Below are positions 23,434 to 34,974 of a stretch of DNA of 64,000 nt, one piece after another. The notes under the pieces were generated by a model that ran no database searches, had not been told where the DNA came from, and saw nothing but the letters and a program-made list of their open reading frames with translations. The stretch's first letter is position 1. Every line of letters begins with the position of its first letter. The stretch is from Fonticula alba ATCC 38817 (lineage: Eukaryota > Protista > Nucleariida). The stretch lies in NCBI GenBank assembly GCA_000388065.2, contig KB932209.1. One strand, 5' to 3'. The position numbers and the translations under genes were made by a program.

Positions 23434-24778
23434 ATGTCTGCCTCAAGCAGTGCCACACCGGCCGCTGTGTCGGTGCCGGCTCCCATCAAAGAGCGCGTGG
23501 TCTTTCTACGCCGGGCGGCTGAAATCCTGGCCGGGCCCTCAATACCCGGCGAGCGGACCCCCTCCGGGGGTCTTTGCAATGCCGCCAGTGCCTATCTGTA
23601 CGCCAGTGCCATGCGCAGCCCAACACCCACATGCGCCGGTGCTGACCCTCCTCTTGCTCCTATGCCGGCGCCTGTCACATAACAATGGCAGGGAATCCAT
23701 TGAGGAGATCGCCGCTCTCAATCAAATCCCCCTGACACACGTGGACCTCAATGGTGTCTGTGGGACGTGTGCATGGCCGGCTGCGCCGCTGGCTGCGCCG
23801 CCAATGCCTGGTCCCGGCCCGACACGCCCCCGGGTTCAGAAGTGGCGCGCCCGCCGGGCTGGGCTGCCGAGCACGCACATTTGGCGTCGAGGCATCTCCC
23901 TCGGCGGGGAGCCGCGATCTTGGGATGCTGTTATTGTTCGTGCCACCATACATTTAGACGCCTCCACCTCCATGCCATCATGCCCGCCGCCCCATGCTGA
24001 GACGCTCCCATGCCGAGTCTGGGCCTATCTATCTATCTATCTCTCTCTCTCCCTCTCGGTCGGACTGACTCTGATGCCATGGCTGTAGGCCGCTCCGTGC
24101 GAGAGGTGCAGCAGCATTCGCGCCTTGCCCGGATCGCGGCGGGCCCCGGCTGCTGGCAACACCGCCAAGCCCGAGCCTGCCGCCTCCCGCGCACGCGGGC
24201 CCACAAGCCCCTCCTCGGATAACCTGATTGGCAATCTTGCTCAACACACGGCTCGACTGAGCCGCCATGCATCCAACATGTCACGCGCCCAGCGTGAGTC
24301 CAAGCGCCAGCTGAAAAGCGAGGGGACATACCTCCCCCAGGCCACCCCGGTTGCCGAGACGGTTGATACTAAGGCTGCCTTCCGGGCAGCCATCCGTGCA
24401 AAAGCCCTGACTTTGGAGACTGCCGCCTCGCGGTTGCCCTCCACACGGCCCAGTCCCGCTGCCGCCGGCGCGGACCGCGCCGGATCCGAGCGCTTCGCCT
24501 TTCGGGCGTCCCAGCCGCCAGGCCTGCCCCGCCAGTCGACCCCGCGGAACCCCTCCCAGCCGACCCAGCGGAACCCCTCCCAGCCGGGTCTGCGGCCGCC
24601 TTCGCAGTCAGCCCAGCGGAGCCAAGCCGCACCGGGTCATGCTGCGCCGGGTCACCCTCCGCGCCAGTCCCATAAGCAGGCACTGAAGCAGCTTCTCAAC
24701 AGGGCCAAGAGTACGGAGGTCACCGGGGCCGGCGGGGCCGGCGGTCAGTCTTTGCAGGACTTCCTCAGCGGCCTGTGA
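23434..24778 (+). CDS. RNase P/MRP subunit of the Rpp21/Rpr2/Snm1 family (probable)
   Basis: ERVVFLRRAAEIL resembles the family's RLNFLYQAAH helix. Spliced AYLESIEEIAALNQIPL leads to CGTC, and a second CxxC (CERC) follows an in-frame phase-0 intron. The C-terminus KQLLNRAKS...SLQDFLSGL* is like fungal family members. Confidence 0.6.
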
Positions 24779-24934
24779 TCCCATGACGGTGGGACTTAAT
24801 TCGAACTAATACACCAATTTGGGCGCGCATGGTCCATTGCCCGGCGCATAGGCGGATGTTTGTGTCTCGCTGGTCTAGATCTCTATATTCGCCAGAGGGA
24901 GCATGCTGCTCCGAGCCTGGCGGGGTGGGAAGCT

Positions 24935-26433
24935 TCAGCGCCTTGAGGGCTGATAAGGCGCCCGGTCTAGGTTGTTGGCTCCGTGGAGGGTGAAGTCGTG
25001 ACTGCACGATGGATGGGGTCAGCGCGGGCGTGGGGTTCGGAAGGGGGCAAGGTGCCAAGCAAAGACCGAGGGGGGTCCAGCGAGGACGACAGGGACAGAG
25101 AGGCATGACGTACAGTGCCACGAATTTGGGCACGATCCGGCCCCACACAATCGGATCCGACACGCCGAGGAGAGGCTGCAACTCGCGCAGGCCCATCTTC
25201 AAGGGGACCACCTTGGAGGAAATGCCCCCGGCAAAGATGGTGCCCGTCAGCGTCGAGGCAAAAGTCGTCCACCAGGAGGGGTGAATGACGTAAAAGAATT
25301 CGAGATTTCGCCGGTATCTGTTGTTTTTTTTCGACCGGCAGAGAGGGGGATCTGTGTCAGCCGAGACAAGGACAGGGCAAAGGGCAAGGCCGCCGGGCGC
25401 GGGAGGGGGGCACGCACTTCGGAGGCAGGAAGCGGTACATCGTGCGGATGAATTCGTAGGAGGGCCGGTTTTCTGCCGAGCAATTTGTCTCAAAATAAAC
25501 AATGACAAATGGCTTGACAGATGAGAGAGGGCGGGGTAGAGAGAAAGAGAGGAAGAGAGAACGAGGTGAGATGGAAATGCAAAAGGGCAGAGTCGACGGA
25601 AGAAGGAGAAAGGGAGGTCGTGAGGGGGGAAATCCAGAGGCAAGCAGGCGGGTTAGCGACCGGTGTAGGCAAGGGCAGGGGAGGAGGTACATTGTTGGCC
25701 AGTTTGTCCAACACGTGGACCACGAAAGCCAGGAGTTTTTCGGTGGTGATTTGCCCGAAGGTAATGTTTGCCCCAACGAGGGAAACAATTCGCCGACGCG
25801 CCGGGTCAAAGTACCCCGTGTCGTAGAGGAAGCGCTGGGCATCGAGCTCGGTGAAGTTGATTTTCTCCAGATTCGACATGACATGGGCGTAATTAAAGAC
25901 CGGACTGCAGGGGGACGGGGCATTGGTCCAGCCGATGGGCAGCGAGACGTAAAAAGGGATGCATGTCAAGACGCGATGGGCGGGGAGAGGGGGGGGGGGG
26001 AGGGGGGAAGGGGAGCGAGGGCATACCGGAGGGACAGGAGCTCCTTCTGTCGATTTTCATCGAAAGAGGCCACCGTGCAGTTCACAAACTCGCGTGAGAA
26101 GTACTGCTCCATCCGAACGAGGGTTGTGTGTTAGCAAGACAGCCAGGAGGGTGGGAGATCTCATGGAGAGGGTGAAGGGAGGGAAAGAAGACAGCGGCAC
26201 ATACGCCGGACATCTCCAAGTACCGGACCGACCGGCTGCCATCGAAGAAGAAGTCCCGTGTCAGGGGACAGCCGGTGGGCGTGAGGGGGAGACCTCGAAT
26301 CGGGATGTACGATCCGGACAGGTAAGCATCGCCAAAGAATCCGGACACTTGGGGGTAGGGAAGGGGGGGGGAGTCAGACGGGGGCGCGCAAACAAGGTGT
26401 GGCATCTGTGGATTAGTCCCACGTGGGGGGAAC

Positions 26434-26464
<31 letters not shown>

Positions 26465-27997
26465 AAGGAAAGCGAGAGAGGGAGGCCGGACTCTTTTCCG
26501 CGAGGCGGTATTGCTTGAAGTGCTCCGGCCGGATGGGCTCGCCGGACTCCAGCCGGCCGACGTCCTCCGGGCAGAGGGCCTGGGAGAAGAGCTCCTCATC
26601 CGGATCCCGAGGGAAGTACACCGATGCCAGATGCGTGTAGTAAAAGGCATCCAGCGGATCACTGATGCACAGGGTGATAGTGTCCAGGAGGTCGCCGTGA
26701 CGCTCGAGAAAGCGCCGGATGGTGCCTATCTCCGGCACACATGTGTCATCCAGTTGAGCGGCCAGCCCCGAGGGGGGCGAGCAATGGCCGAGGGTGATGT
26801 TTCGGGTGAGAGGCCGCCCGTCGGGTGATGCCCATGCACAGGGGACCGGAACGCACGCAGGACAATATGAGCAGCGTCCGACTGCCGGAACTCCGTCTCG
26901 ACATAGTGCGAAATCGGGAGCACAATGGACCGCGCGCCGGCCTCCACGCCGGCAACCAAGCAACGTAGGTAGCAATAGTGCAAGGCATACTCAAAGGCAT
27001 AATGGAACCGTGCGTCATAGGTTGGTCCCAGCACATGGAGGGTTTTCCTGCTCGACAGGGGGAGGGGGGAGGATGGGGGAGGGGAAGGCAGCGGGAAGAG
27101 CAATGTGTCAGGCAGGCGGCAAATGGACCGCACCAAGCCGGAAGACCACGCACAGGGCAGGCAGTTGCGGCGAGAAGGTGACCACCGGCTCGCCCTGCCA
27201 GGCGTCCGGCCCGAGACATGGATATTGGTGGTGGAGCTCATCACGCCCCCCAACGGCCGCCAGGAGAGCCATGCTCTCGGGACAGCGAGAGTCCATGGCC
27301 AGGCTATTAATGTGCACCACCAGCTCCCCGGGCACCTGGGGGTACCGCTCATCTCGGCTGCGGCCAAATGCATGTTAGGACGGGGGCGGATCCACTGGGG
27401 AGCGGGGAAAGGCTCATTCAGAAGGGACACGCGGGACGCGGGTTGGGGAGGGGGGGGNNNNNNNNNNNNNNNGGGGGGGGGGGCGCACCAGAGAACCAGC
27501 TGTCGGTTGATTGAGGCGTTCATGGGGAACGTGCACTCCAACGCCGGGGCAAGTGAGGAGCCTTTGCCCAGGCCATCGACTGGATCGGAATGGTTAAGGA
27601 GAAAGATTGAAGGCGAGGAAACGTAGTCTTCGCGCGGATCGGCAGACACGGCAGTGGCAGGGGCAGAATCCCCGGTCGAGGTGAGCTCGGCAGCGGCGGC
27701 CGGTTTTTTGGTCCCCGCCAGACGGCTGAGGGGCGATGCGGCTCCGAGGAAACTGGGCAGGCGTCGCTGAGATGGCACGCTGGCTGATTGGCCGGGGCCG
27801 GAAAGAACCGGCGCCGGAGGCGAGCGCTCGACCCCCAGCCGGACACACGCCAGCGCGGCCGATGCCGAGGCGGCCGCCACCTCGCGATACTGCCTATCGA
27901 GCACCAGCTCCGGGGACGAGGCATCGGCCGGGCCGACCAGCGGCGCGGCCTCCCGGTCATCGGCCCACGAGAGCATCTCGCGTGCTGGGCCAGTCAT
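24935..27997 (-). CDS. GDAP2: Ganglioside-induced differentiation-associated protein 2 homolog (Macro domain plus CRAL-TRIO/BCH domain)
   Basis: Macro domain: INRQLVLW, HVLGPTYDARF...ALHYCYLRCL, AAHIVLR/TIRRFLERHGD, LASVYFPRDPDEE...PEDVG...GEPIRPE. CRAL-TRIO domain: RRIVSLVGANI...LLAFVVHVLD, RYRRNLEFFYVIHPSWW. The spliced last exon ends LHDFTLHGANNLDRAPYQPSRR*. Confidence 0.9.
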
Positions 27998-28965
27998 GCG
28001 AGGCAAGGTGCAGAGAAGGCGCAGGAGAGAAGGAGTGCAAGGAGAAAAGGGCGGGGGGAGGGGGGGGGGGATCTGCGCAACTTAGGGCCGACATGCCCGG
28101 GCTGGCGACCGAAATATGACGAGAATGCCCCCTGGTTGCGGCGCCCCGCGCCTCGCCCCCGGGAGCGCAGGAGAGATCACCGAGAAAAGGCCTGGGGCGG
28201 GGCAGGGCAGGGCCGCACAATGCCAGCCGCCGAGTGTGGGACCCCCCCCCCCCCCCGGCGAAGTCCATTGGGAGACGCACACCCCGATAGGCTTGGGCCG
28301 CCATGACAGCGGGGGACAACAACAAAACTGCGAGCAATCCACAAGGGTCTGTTCATTCCCCGGGGGCTCCCGGCGCAGGGGGCTCCCGGCGGGCGGATGG
28401 TGGGTTGGTGGCCCGGAGCCGGCGGCGATCGTGCTAAATTGTAGTCCCAACCCCTCTCCTTCGCATGGTCAGATCGCGCGCATTTGTCCTGGCTGCGGGG
28501 GACGTGCCGCACCCTTCGCGAGCAACGTCCACACGGGGCATTCCCCTCGCGTTGAGAGACGACCACGGCATCTTTAGCCGCAGGAGGGGCAAACACATTG
28601 CCATCTACGAGTGTGCGTGCGTGCGTGCGGACATAAGCATGTGCATGCATGCATGTGTGTGTGTGTGTGTGTGCATGTATTTGGGGGTGGGTGTGCTCAG
28701 GATTGTGTATATCGCCCGCATGGTGAGAGGCGCTGCCGGGACCAGCCGGTACATGAACAAGCGCATGGGGCCGATAGGAGGGGCGGCAGAAGGGAGGTAA
28801 GGGGGAGGGGGGGAGGGGGGTGGCCACCGGATGAACTATGTCGGGAGCATGTCCCCCCTCGCCGAAAAAGAAAAACATCAACATACACACACACACACAC
28901 GCATGCACACCCGTGTACTGGGGGCTTCCTGAAGACCAGGCAGAGACCAATGGCGCTGGTACCTC

Positions 28966-30535
28966 TCACGAGCAGAGGGAAAGGGCCTGGCGCACGGCTT
29001 GCATCAGGAGAAGAAGGCGCCCGCGGACGGCCACCCGGAAGGCATCGGCCTCGGTGACAGGCTGAGTGTCGGCGAAGCAAACACGCAGTTGTCCGGCCGC
29101 CTGAGCCACCTCGCCAGCCCCCTTTGTGAGAGCCACACCAAGTTCAGCCAAAGCCGGGTCCATGGAGCAGGCCATGCTGCCGCCGCAGCGGACCAGCTCC
29201 GCCAAGAAGCCGTCGGTTGCCTGGAGCAGGCGCTTCGAAGCCTCGTGCAGCCCCTCAGGCAGCCCGGCTGTTCCAGGACCCACCCGGGCGGGCAGATTCC
29301 CAAGAGAGGCAACCATCTGCGAAGTAAGCGGCGTCAGCTGCTCACACACAATGGCCGAGAGGCCGCGCTCGGCTTCGCGCCGGGGACACCCGGTGGGGCT
29401 GGCCACCGGGCTTTGGGTGCTCAAGGGCGAAGCGGGAGTTGGCACCGGGGCCGAAACCGGGTGCGGGACCGACGACCCCGCGGCGGCAGCCACGGCCGAC
29501 GCGGCAGCTGCGGGGGGCAGGCCAGAGGGAGCATTTGCGGGGACGGCACGCGCAGCGTCAGTGCGCTCCTCACGCTCTGACAGGACACTGGTCGGCGGTG
29601 AGGGGGGCGGCGTGTCAATCGCACCGACAGGCTGTGCGGGGGACGTGCCCGGGCCCGCCACGCGTGGAGGGTGTTGCGGGGGTCGGACAGCAGCAGTGGA
29701 CCCCGGCGCCGCGGGCAAGTGCATGGTGGCCGGCGGCGGCGGCGGCGGCAGGGCCGCACCGGAAAACAGGGCCCCTGCCGGGGGAGATGGCTGGGGGAAA
29801 TGGCCCGCCCCAGGCGGCGGGACCTGCTGAGACGGTGGCTGGCTGTGATGGGTGTGATGCTGCTGGCGCTGGTGCTGATGCTGATGGGGGTGGGCAAAGG
29901 GATGCTGGGCTTGCTGCTGATGGGTCTGCTGCTGGAACTGCTGATGCATGCGCGGGTCGATGGTCTGCTGATCGTATGACGCCGCCGGGGCCAGCGCCTG
30001 GGAGGGTGGAGCTGTCAGCTTGGGCGGCAGGGCGGTCGCCGAGAGGGGCGACTGCGACTCCGGGAGGATCCGTCCACTGGGAAGGTCACCGGCAATGGAG
30101 CTGGCCCGAGTGCGTGCCTGCCAGTTGGATTGGAGTGCCGGAGGAAGGGCGCTCGCCGGTGGCCCGGCATACACGCCAGACCCAGGCGCCGGGGGGGCCA
30201 ATCCGGCAGGGCCACGGAAATCTGACAGCGAAGAAGACATGGTGGACCGGGAAAGGCCGGCCTGTGGGCCTGGCTGCGGGTGGAGGGCCTGCTGCCCCGG
30301 TGGCGAGCTGACAATCGACGGGGGGAGGAACATGGACATGGGCACTGAGCCCGATCCTTGGGGCTGCTGGTGGCCTGGATGGTGTGGCACTGGCATCGCG
30401 TTTGAGTGCTGGTGGATATGGTGCGGGAGCGCCGGCGACGGCGGGTGCAGCGGGTAGGGGTGCGTCGAAAGGCCCGCCGAGTATTGTGCAGGCGGCTGGA
30501 GTTGCGCCGACGCATGCTGGGGGAGATGCTGTCCC

Positions 30536-30569
<34 letters not shown>

Positions 30570-33500
30570 TGAAGTACAAGGAGGAGCCCATGTTTGCGGG
30601 CGAAGAGGTGCCGGTCACAGCCGCCGGGGCCCCGACGCTGGAGGTGGAATTCCCCAGCAAGGAGGGGGGAAGCTGGGGCGCTTGGGCCTGCTGGCCGGCG
30701 TGGTAGGCCGACGCCGAGGCCGAATACCCCCCGGGTCCGGGCTGCGGCTGTGAAGAGAAGGACCCCGTCAAGGCTGGGGACGCGCTGAACCGGTGCATCT
30801 GGTGCTGCGAATGCACACCCGGCGACGGTCGCGAGGGGCTGAAGCTGGTATGGTGGAGCGAGTTGCCGGGCAGGGCGGCAGCGGTGCCGGGGCCGCCAGA
30901 AGAGCCGCCCTCCCCGGGACCCAGGGGCGTGGGACTGCGCATCATGGACAGGCGATTGGTCCCCTGGAAGGGTCCGGGGGCCAATTGCGGCGCGCCATTA
31001 TGTGCCAAGGACCCAGCACGCAGGTGGGCCGGTGGCTGTCCCGGCGGAGGCTTCATGCCGCTGATGGGGCTGTCGGCCCGGCCCCCGGGGGAGCTGCCCC
31101 CCTGCTTGTTGATGATTTGCGTCATGTCCACGGCGAAGGACTGCTTACTGGCCGGCGAGCCGCCCTGACTATTGCCCCCAGTGGGCATTCCCCCGGCCGT
31201 GGGCGGATCCCCGGACACGAAGACCGTCCGCGAGTTGGAGGCCTGATCCACGAGGTCCATGCCCAGGCGATCGTCCACGCTTAGCAGCAGGTCTTGCGAG
31301 ATGTCGCTCATCAACAGCAGCTCCGATGCCACGCCCGAGATGGAGGACAATTCCGCCAGCTGCATATTCAGCAAGTCCTCCATCCACTGCGACGGAACCG
31401 GCGAGTAGCCCGGGCCAGTGCCGAGAGTCCGGAAGATGAGCTCAGTCCCGGACCCGGCGCCGGTACCGGGGCCGGCGCCCGCGCCAGCACCCGCACCAGC
31501 GCTGGTGGTCGACGGCCCAGTGGAGTTGGCCTGCGACTTGCCGGCGGCATTGCGCGACTTTGCCCCCAGCGTCGAGGCGCTGCCAACACCGGCGGGCCCT
31601 GCCTCCGAGCTGATGGCTGAGCTCTTCCGAGAGAAGGCCTGGCGGAAGACCGAGGAGAAGCTGGTGCTCGGCGCGGGTTCCGGGTCGGGGGTTGCCGCCG
31701 CGCCGAACGCGTGGCCAGGCCTGCCAGGATGCCCCGCTGGCGCGGACACAAAGAACGAAGCCCCGGCCATGCTGGCCTGGAGGTGCTCCACACTGGTGCC
31801 AGATTGGGCGGCAATCGCCTCGGCACTCAGGGACTTGCGTGACTCCCAGGCCGACACGGCCTGCGCCACGGAGTCCCGATTGGCCGGCTTTTGGCGAGGC
31901 CGCGGCCGGGCATGCTGCCGCGGGCCGACCGCACGGATGTGTCGCAGGTAGACGGACGCCTGCTCACGAAGCGTCACCTCCGCAGTCAGGGCATCCAGCA
32001 GCAAGGGCAGGTGGTCATCGGACATCTGGGCAACCAGCAGCTCGTCGGAGTCTGGGGGGGGGAGGGGGGCGGGGGATTAGACACGGCCGGCGGCGAGCTG
32101 GCACACGAGAAGAGAAGACCGGCCAGGGCAAAGCAAAACCCGGGGGCATCCACGCACTCATGGCATCGGACAGGAGAACCGCAACATCGCTGGAGTAATT
32201 GGCGGCCGCGGCCTCGGCCTCGGTCCGGTGACTCCACCGATGCTCAATCTCGGCCACGGCTGAGGCGAAGAGGCGCTGTATCCCGGCATCCGGGATGGAC
32301 GCCAGAAAGAGACGGATCTGCCGGCCCTCGGGCGAGACAAACTCCTGGACCAGGTGCTCGGACGGCTGGCCAAAGTGCAGCAGGAACAGGCTGCAGGCCG
32401 CGCGAACATCCGCCCGTAGGGCTGGATGGCCGGAAGGATCGTGCACTGGCTCCAGGTCGAAGAACTCACGCTCCAATGCATCGAAGAGGACCTGGGATTC
32501 GCGGAAAAGTTGCGTATTGAAGTCCGTCTGCTTGCGCTTGATGGCCGAGGCAAAGTGCAGCGGCGAGCGCTGGCGATTGTCCCGTGCTGAGGGGTTACAC
32601 CCGGCCCAGGTAAGCAGCAGGGACATCGGCGAGTTGCTACGCAGCGCGGAAAAATGCAAGGGCGACTGCCCAAAGAAGCTTGTCTTGTTTGGGTGCTGCT
32701 GGTTCGGATCGATGACCCCCTTCACAAATGCCGAGGTCCCTTGGGCCAGGAGATGTGCCACAAGGGCGTGATTGGCGTTGGCAATCGACCGGAAGAGGAC
32801 CTGGATCAAGAAGGGGAGGCGAGCAAGGAAGGAGAGCGAGAGACCGAGAGAGGGCGGGAGAAGGGTGAGTGGGGAGGCGGGGGAATCATTGAAGGGGCTA
32901 GAGGCAGATGGCATTGGCCAATCAAGGGCAGGGGGGCTTACCTCAATCGGAGTGCGGCTTGGTAGGATGGCTCGGCTCAGGTCCAAAGAGTAGCGCCGGA
33001 AGATGTACTTGTTGATGATGAAGCGCCGCTTGATGTCCAGCACGGCCATCGGCAGGGGCTTCACCCAGTCGTAGTATTGGGGGAATGGCGGGCCACGGAG
33101 AATCGGCAACTCTGGCTGGCTCGGGGTCAAGCAGGCGGCAATCTGATCGTTGTCCGGCTGCGCTTGTTTCATGATCGCCTCGCCGGCGATGAACTGCGCG
33201 CGATCATAGTCCGGCTGGGGGCGGTGGAGGAAGCGCTCCCAGAGGCTGTTGGATCGGGCATTGCCGATCAGCACGAAAAGCTGCGGAGCAAGGCACCGGG
33301 CGTCAATGGGCGCTCATCGGCACGGGGCCATTGGTGGCGTGACCATGGTGGACGTACCTCGAAGAGATCCGACGACCAGTTGAAGAAGTCCATTGGCCGG
33401 ATCTTGGACCAGAAGGGCAGGGCTTGGTGGTGCCCGGAGTTCTCGGAGCAGGTACTGAGATCCATGTGGATGCCGGCGCAATCCTCGCACAGGAAGATCC

Positions 33501-34974
33501 CGAGGTTCAGTGACACGAAGCGCGGCCAGGGGGCAGTACAGTCGGCACATTGGTTGTTGGCAGGGAAGGACCGAAGGCAGGCCAGCCAGGCGGAGTTGAG
33601 CTGACGGGCCAAAGGGACAGGCCAGGCTGTGAGTCGGGGAGGGAGGGCCGTGGGCATGTGCGTGTGCGCACGTGTGGCATCAGGCCATATAGGGGGGGGG
33701 GGGGGGGAAAAGGTGGCGGACGCACGTATTTGCGTTCTTTGCACTTGACGCGGAAAGGGGAGTCCTCAGGCTGTGGAGGGGGATAGACCTCTCCGAGAGT
33801 CGATAGCACCACCAGTCCGTGGGGGTTGACCTGGCGCGGGCGGATGACCAACCGGATGTTCTCTCGTTGTCCCCGGCGTCGCCAGTAGGAAATTGTCATG
33901 CTCGGGTGCTCGAGATAGTCGAAGCAGCGTTCAGCTGGCGAGGGTGGAGGGGGAGAAAGAGAAAGAGAGAGAGATGAGCAAGGGGCGTGGGTGAGGAGAA
34001 GGAAGGGGGGGGGGGAGGCACCAGAGGCCGAAACAGGGCAGGGCGAGGGGACGGGACAGGAGGGAATGCCAGCGACGCACTGATGCCATCGTGAATGAAC
34101 CAGAGGTTGCACTGCTCGACGGAGAAACTGAGGCCCATTTTGACGATGGCCTGCTGGATGACAGCCTTGGCAGACATGCTGTCATCGATGCCCAGTCTGA
34201 TGCACACATGCGAGAGGCGGGGGAAGACATGGAAGCCGAAGGGGCGAGTCAGCATGTGTGTGTGTGTGTCTGTGTCTGTGCGGGCGCATGGGCATCATGA
34301 GGGAAGCGCGGGAGGCGGGGAGGGCGGCTTGGGTACCGGCAGCTGCTGGAGGAGTCGCGGACCGAGGAGACGTGGCCAACGGCAATCGAGACAAACTGAG
34401 CGGGGCAGCAAGCAATGGTCAGTGTCGAAAGGCATGGTGGCGGGCGGCATGGAAAGCGTGCCTTTTTCTTTCGAGTGAGAAAAATCCGGGCGTTTTCATA
34501 TGAGTCGGGGGAAAACTGCGTGACGTAAAGCGGATCGCGCGGGGCCGGCGGCATCTTGTATCCCTTAACGGCATCCATGAACCGATGGATCGCCCCGAAG
34601 GGGGCATCCGGGAGAATCCATTCCGCTGGAGGCCGGCCAAAGGGAAGGGAAAAAGAACCCCGACAGATCGGTCGTCAGTCAGCGCAAGATGACACCCACC
34701 GTGTCTCACTGAGAGGCAAGAGCAGCAGCAGCAGCAGCAGGCCGGAAAGCCGAGGGCATAGGGCCACAGTGCCACACGTACACGGGCCGATGGTCAGGAT
34801 GATGGCATAGTCACTGATGTCGGTGGTGTCGCTGACTCCGACGCGGAACTTGCGCACCGCCTCGCGGAGGATCTCCCGCGTAGATGCGTTCTCGCGGATG
34901 AGCAGCCCCTTGGAGGACTCCTCAGTGTCGAAGTCATTGTGAAGGCGAATGGCAAGGGGGCCGCTCCGGGACAT
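28966..34974 (-). CDS. GIT1/2-like ARF-GAP scaffold with extra N-terminal Ras-association-like domains: RA-RA-ArfGAP-ANK-SHD-SHD-coiled coil-IDR-FAT-like bundle
   Basis: ArfGAP zinc finger: NNQCADCTAPWPRFVSLNLGIFLCEDCAGIH, followed by GNARSNSLWE. Ankyrin repeats: QSPLHFSA and RSPLHFAS. Spa2-homology-like segments: FLASIPDAGIQRLFASAVAEIEHR and VAQMSDDHLPLLLDALTAEVTLR. The C-terminus is a helical bundle. Upstream RA-like exons splice in frame (CKERKY|LNSAWLACL). Confidence 0.8.

Noticed and set aside
31200-31380. t-SNARE-like coiled coil (LLNMQLAELSSISGVASELL...VDDRLG) suggesting a SNARE gene
   Set aside because: It lies inside the GIT-like ORF at the position of the GIT dimerisation coiled coil, and no C-terminal TM anchor follows.
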